Positions 58,152-60,781 of a stretch of DNA of 60,781 nucleotides are shown here, in pieces. The stretch is from NCBI GenBank assembly GCA_045586445.1, contig JAZNAJ010000214.1:1-60781 (forward strand), in the 5' to 3' direction. Numbering within the stretch: the stretch's first letter is position 1; every line of letters starts with the position of its first letter. The DNA is from Clostridia bacterium (GTDB lineage Bacteria; Bacillota; Clostridia; Monoglobales; Monoglobaceae). Position numbers and translations under genes: made by a program. Below the pieces are notes generated by a model that was given only the letters and a program-made list of their open reading frames with translations, made no database searches and was not told where the DNA came from.

Positions 58152-59059
58152 GTGCAGATATTTTCAACATTGAGAGAGCATCCTTAAACGACGGTCCTGG
58201 TATCAGGACTGTCGTTTATGTGAAGGGTTGTTCGCTCTCGTGTGTATGGTGTCACAATCCGGAAGGAATAAAGTTTGAAAACGAAATTGCATATTACAGC
58301 AATCGCTGTGTTTTGTGCGGAAGTTGTCAAAGAGTGTGCCCGCAAGGTTGTTATGAGGTAATGGATGACAAATTGAAAATCAATTATGATTCTTGCATAA
58401 AATGCCACAAATGCACAGAAAATTGTTTGACCAATGCGTTGAAGTTGTGTGCAAAAAGTATGACATCGGATGAGGTGCTTCTGGAAATTTTAAAGGATAA
58501 GGAATATTTCGACAAATCCGGCGGTGGAGTAACCTTTTCGGGCGGAGAGTGTCTTTTGAATACAGATTTTATGTGTGATATACTGAAGAAATGTAAAGAA
58601 AAAGGCATCAAAACACTTGTGGAAAGTGCATTCTATGTACCTTGGAAGAATATCGAAAGTGTAGCTTCCTTTGTTGATATGTTTTATGTGGATATCAAAC
58701 ATATGAATTCAAAAAAGCATAAAGAGTACACCGGTAAAGGAAATGAGCTTATATTGGATAACATTGCCAAGCTTGTTGAAATATGTAACCGTGTTATGAT
58801 ACGAATACCTTTAATACCGGGTGTTAATGATGATAAAGAAAATTTGATTGCCACATACGACTTTGTAAGCAAATTGGGCATTAAAAATATAATGCTTCTA
58901 AGATATAATTCCCTGGGGGAAAGCAAATATACGGCACTTAACAAAAAGTTCTTTGTCCCTAAAGGCTCTGAGCAAACCGAGAATAGTATGAAAAAATTAT
59001 GTTTTGACTTGAATGCTCAAATACATAACCCTGAATTCTTTATAACTGAATATCTATAA
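58142..59059 (+). CDS. glycyl radical enzyme activating protein (radical SAM)
   Basis: CSLSCVWCHNPE (CX3CX2C), plus a ferredoxin-like insert with CVLCGSCQRVCP and CIKCHKCTENC. The ATG overlaps the last codons of the GRE. Confidence 0.9.
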   Translation: MSLSADIFNIERASLNDGPGIRTVVYVKGCSLSCVWCHNPEGIKFENEIAYYSNRCVLCGSCQRVCPQGCYEVMDDKLKINYDSCIKCHKCTENCLTNALKLCAKSMTSDEVLLEILKDKEYFDKSGGGVTFSGGECLLNTDFMCDILKKCKEKGIKTLVESAFYVPWKNIESVASFVDMFYVDIKHMNSKKHKEYTGKGNELILDNIAKLVEICNRVMIRIPLIPGVNDDKENLIATYDFVSKLGIKNIMLLRYNSLGESKYTALNKKFFVPKGSEQTENSMKKLCFDLNAQIHNPEFFITEYL

Positions 59060-59124
59060 TGCTAATAGCCTTTATACTGTGTTGTATTTAAGGATATAAG
59101 CAGGCAGAAAGAAAACAACATATC

Positions 59125-59154
59125 AAAAAACCTACTCTTTTGAGTAGGTTTTTT
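59125..59154. terminator. bidirectional rho-independent terminator
   Basis: aaaaaacctactc-tttt-gagtaggtttttt. It serves the activase (+) and tRNA-Gly (-). Confidence 0.8.
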
Positions 59155-59179
59155 GATTACAACATAGTTTGCTGCAGTA

Positions 59180-59253
59180 TGGAGCAGGCAACGAGAGTCG
59201 AACTCGCAACGGCGGCTTGGGAAGCCGTAGTTTTACCGCTAAACTATGCCTGC
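59180..59253 (-). tRNA. tRNA-Gly (anticodon CCC), encoded CCA
   Basis: Reverse complement is gcaggca-ta-gttt-agcggta-aaac-t-acggc-ttCCCaa-gccgc-cgtt-gcgag-ttcgact-ctcgt-tgcctgc-t-cca. The cloverleaf is good apart from one A-C pair at 27-43. U73 is typical of tRNA-Gly. Confidence 0.85.
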
Positions 59254-59360
59254 GGCTATTAAATTTACCATATAAAAATACCACAAAAACGGTGATTTGT
59301 CAATGATTTTTCCTTAATTTGGGAGTGTAACAACAAGTTGCTACACTCCGCTCTTTTTTG

Positions 59361-60446
59361 CTAATCGTTCCAAATTCGTATCTTGCCCGCTTTTTGAAGT
59401 CCAACCAAAATATTGGTTATTACAGGAAGAACTATCATTCCGCCAAAACCCATAAATCTGTAGCCAAGATATATGGCAAGCAATGTAACCAAGGGGTTAA
59501 GCCCCAACTGGTCGCCAACAATCTTGGGTTCGGTGAAGTTGCGTACCACCAGAACAATCACATAAAGTAGAATAAGTCCAAGTGCAACAAAATAGTTCTG
59601 TGTGAACACTGCGACTATCGCCCAGGGAATCAAAATGCCGCCGGTACCGACTATCGGAAGTATATCGGCAATGGCAATAAGTGCTGCAATGCCAATCGCA
59701 TTCTCGATTCCAAGAATTGAAAGGCCGATACTTAACTCGGTAAATGTTATTATCCAGATTATGAGGTATGCTCTCAGATATCCAAGCACTGTGCGACCAA
59801 TGTGTTTTTTTGCATCACTGAAAAATTCTCTTGTTTTGGGCGAAAGTTGTCTTTTTAAAAAGTCTATTATATTGCTGTAGTCCATACTGATAAATACCGA
59901 CGCCAGTATGGTAAAGGCAAATGATATGAAATAAAACGGTATCCGCGTTGTAACCCCTGCAATCCCCGATACTGCAGACGAAGAAATCTGAAGAATGTAA
60001 TTTCTGACCTCGTCAAATGCGTTTTCTGTCATAGAATAGATTTGTTCAAGGGTTTGTGGTGAGATTTGGTTGGAAAGGTCCTTGACCATGTCCGCAACCT
60101 TGTAAACATACGGCAGAATCTGGGTGTCATAGTACTGTGGAAGATTTAAAAATAAATCCTTGATTGAAGCAAAGATTTTTGAGCCGACAATCCAAATAAC
60201 AAAGACTATCGCCACATACTCAAGCACCAAAACAATAACCCCTGCGAGTTTGCGATTCATTTTTGTTATTTTGCATAAGCCTGCAACTGCAGGTCTTGCA
60301 GAAAAGGCTATAACAAAACCTATCAAAAACGGCATTATCCATCGCATTGCATAGCGTATGCACAAGAAAGCTATTACAGCAATCAAGGCAAAATATGCAG
60401 TATTTATGATAAATTCTCTGCGCTTTTCTACCTTCTCGGTTTGCAT
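59361..60446 (-). CDS. AI-2E family transporter (YtvI-like sporulation integral membrane protein)
   Basis: 361 aa with about 8 TM segments and PerM/AI-2E family layout (GIAALIAIADILPIVGTGGILIPW). Confidence 0.75.
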   Translation of the reverse strand: MQTEKVEKRREFIINTAYFALIAVIAFLCIRYAMRWIMPFLIGFVIAFSARPAVAGLCKITKMNRKLAGVIVLVLEYVAIVFVIWIVGSKIFASIKDLFLNLPQYYDTQILPYVYKVADMVKDLSNQISPQTLEQIYSMTENAFDEVRNYILQISSSAVSGIAGVTTRIPFYFISFAFTILASVFISMDYSNIIDFLKRQLSPKTREFFSDAKKHIGRTVLGYLRAYLIIWIITFTELSIGLSILGIENAIGIAALIAIADILPIVGTGGILIPWAIVAVFTQNYFVALGLILLYVIVLVVRNFTEPKIVGDQLGLNPLVTLLAIYLGYRFMGFGGMIVLPVITNILVGLQKAGKIRIWND

Positions 60447-60655
60447 ATTATCACTCTTTCGTAAATAAATTTGTTAAGAAATTTTTATCTTTGCTTAATG
60501 ACATTATATACCACCGCTGCCGCAAAGTCAACAAAAAGGCACATTTAACTGAATAATTTATGGTGCGAAGGGACCAGTTTGCCACAGGGCAAACATATGG
60601 GTCGAAAAAACCAACATTGTTTTAAGGAAAAGTGAATAGTGAAGAGGTAATAAGT

Positions 60656-60693
60656 AAAAATCGACATCATTCTTGCGAATAATGTCGATTTTT
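60656..60693. terminator. hairpin with flanking A- and T-runs (bidirectional terminator-like), owner gene unknown
   Basis: aaaaatcgacatcatt-cttgcg-aataatgtcgattttt (one mismatch). No convincing ORF lies on either side inside the window. Confidence 0.45.
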
Positions 60694-60781
60694 GGGAAAG
60701 CAGAACCATAATGATATTTTGTTTTATATATAAATTAAAATATCATTTAAACACTTGAGAATATTTCTTTCTTAAAATATT

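Noticed and set aside
53590-59160. Integrative element or prophage at the tRNA genes
   Set aside because: No integrase, recombinase, transposase, phage genes or tRNA-end direct repeats were seen. It is described only as a compositionally distinct islet.
60530-60600. 21-codon ORF MVRRDQFATGQTYGSKKPTLF
   Set aside because: It has no RBS, is very short, and nothing in the sequence supports it.

Overview
The window looks like an origin-proximal chromosomal segment of a strictly anaerobic, spore-forming Clostridia-class Firmicute. Supporting genes are the Rnf complex, NrdDG, reverse rubrerythrin/PerR, gpr and a ytvI-like gene. Almost all of it is densely packed housekeeping DNA.

Gene content, left to right:
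- prsA-like (partial), mfd, pth, potDCBA (minus strand).
- asp23-yloV-recG (plus strand), then a decayed NagA-like gene fragment.
- rbr, perR-like, ZIP transporter, rnfBAEGDC, a DnaI/DnaC-like and DnaD-like loader pair, mnmE, dnaA (all minus strand).
- An AT-rich divergent spacer.
- rpmH, rnpA, yidD, yidC, jag, argCJB-argR-argDF, a second ZIP transporter (plus strand).
- trxB and the rplL-rplJ-rplA-rplK-nusG-secE-rpmG cluster (minus strand).
- ykvI-like permease, prmC, DUF1385, gpr, a small membrane protein, PBP1A, xth, nrdDG, an M14 peptidase, a VOC protein, and a fumarate/tartrate hydro-lyase alpha subunit.

Gene orientation flips at the dnaA/rpmH spacer, as expected at a replication origin.

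The one clearly accessory stretch is about 53.6-59.2 kb, bracketed by convergent tRNA-Leu(CAA) and tRNA-Gly(CCC). It carries a cytoplasmic GH28-like beta-helix protein, a radical-SAM activase, and the most unusual object in the window. That object is a single ORF in which a MarA/Rob-style AraC DNA-binding domain is fused in frame to a complete glycyl radical enzyme.

Other points worth a second look:
- rpmH has an in-frame TGA at codon 3.
- A duplicated GC-rich, structured 57-bp element lies between mnmE and the DnaD-like gene.
- The dnaA locus is rearranged: mnmE follows dnaA, there is no dnaN, and I saw no consensus DnaA boxes.
- The hydro-lyase alpha subunit is orphaned.

No CRISPR array, rRNA, integrase or transposase was seen. 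All calls come from reading the sequence and ORF translations by eye; no searches were run.
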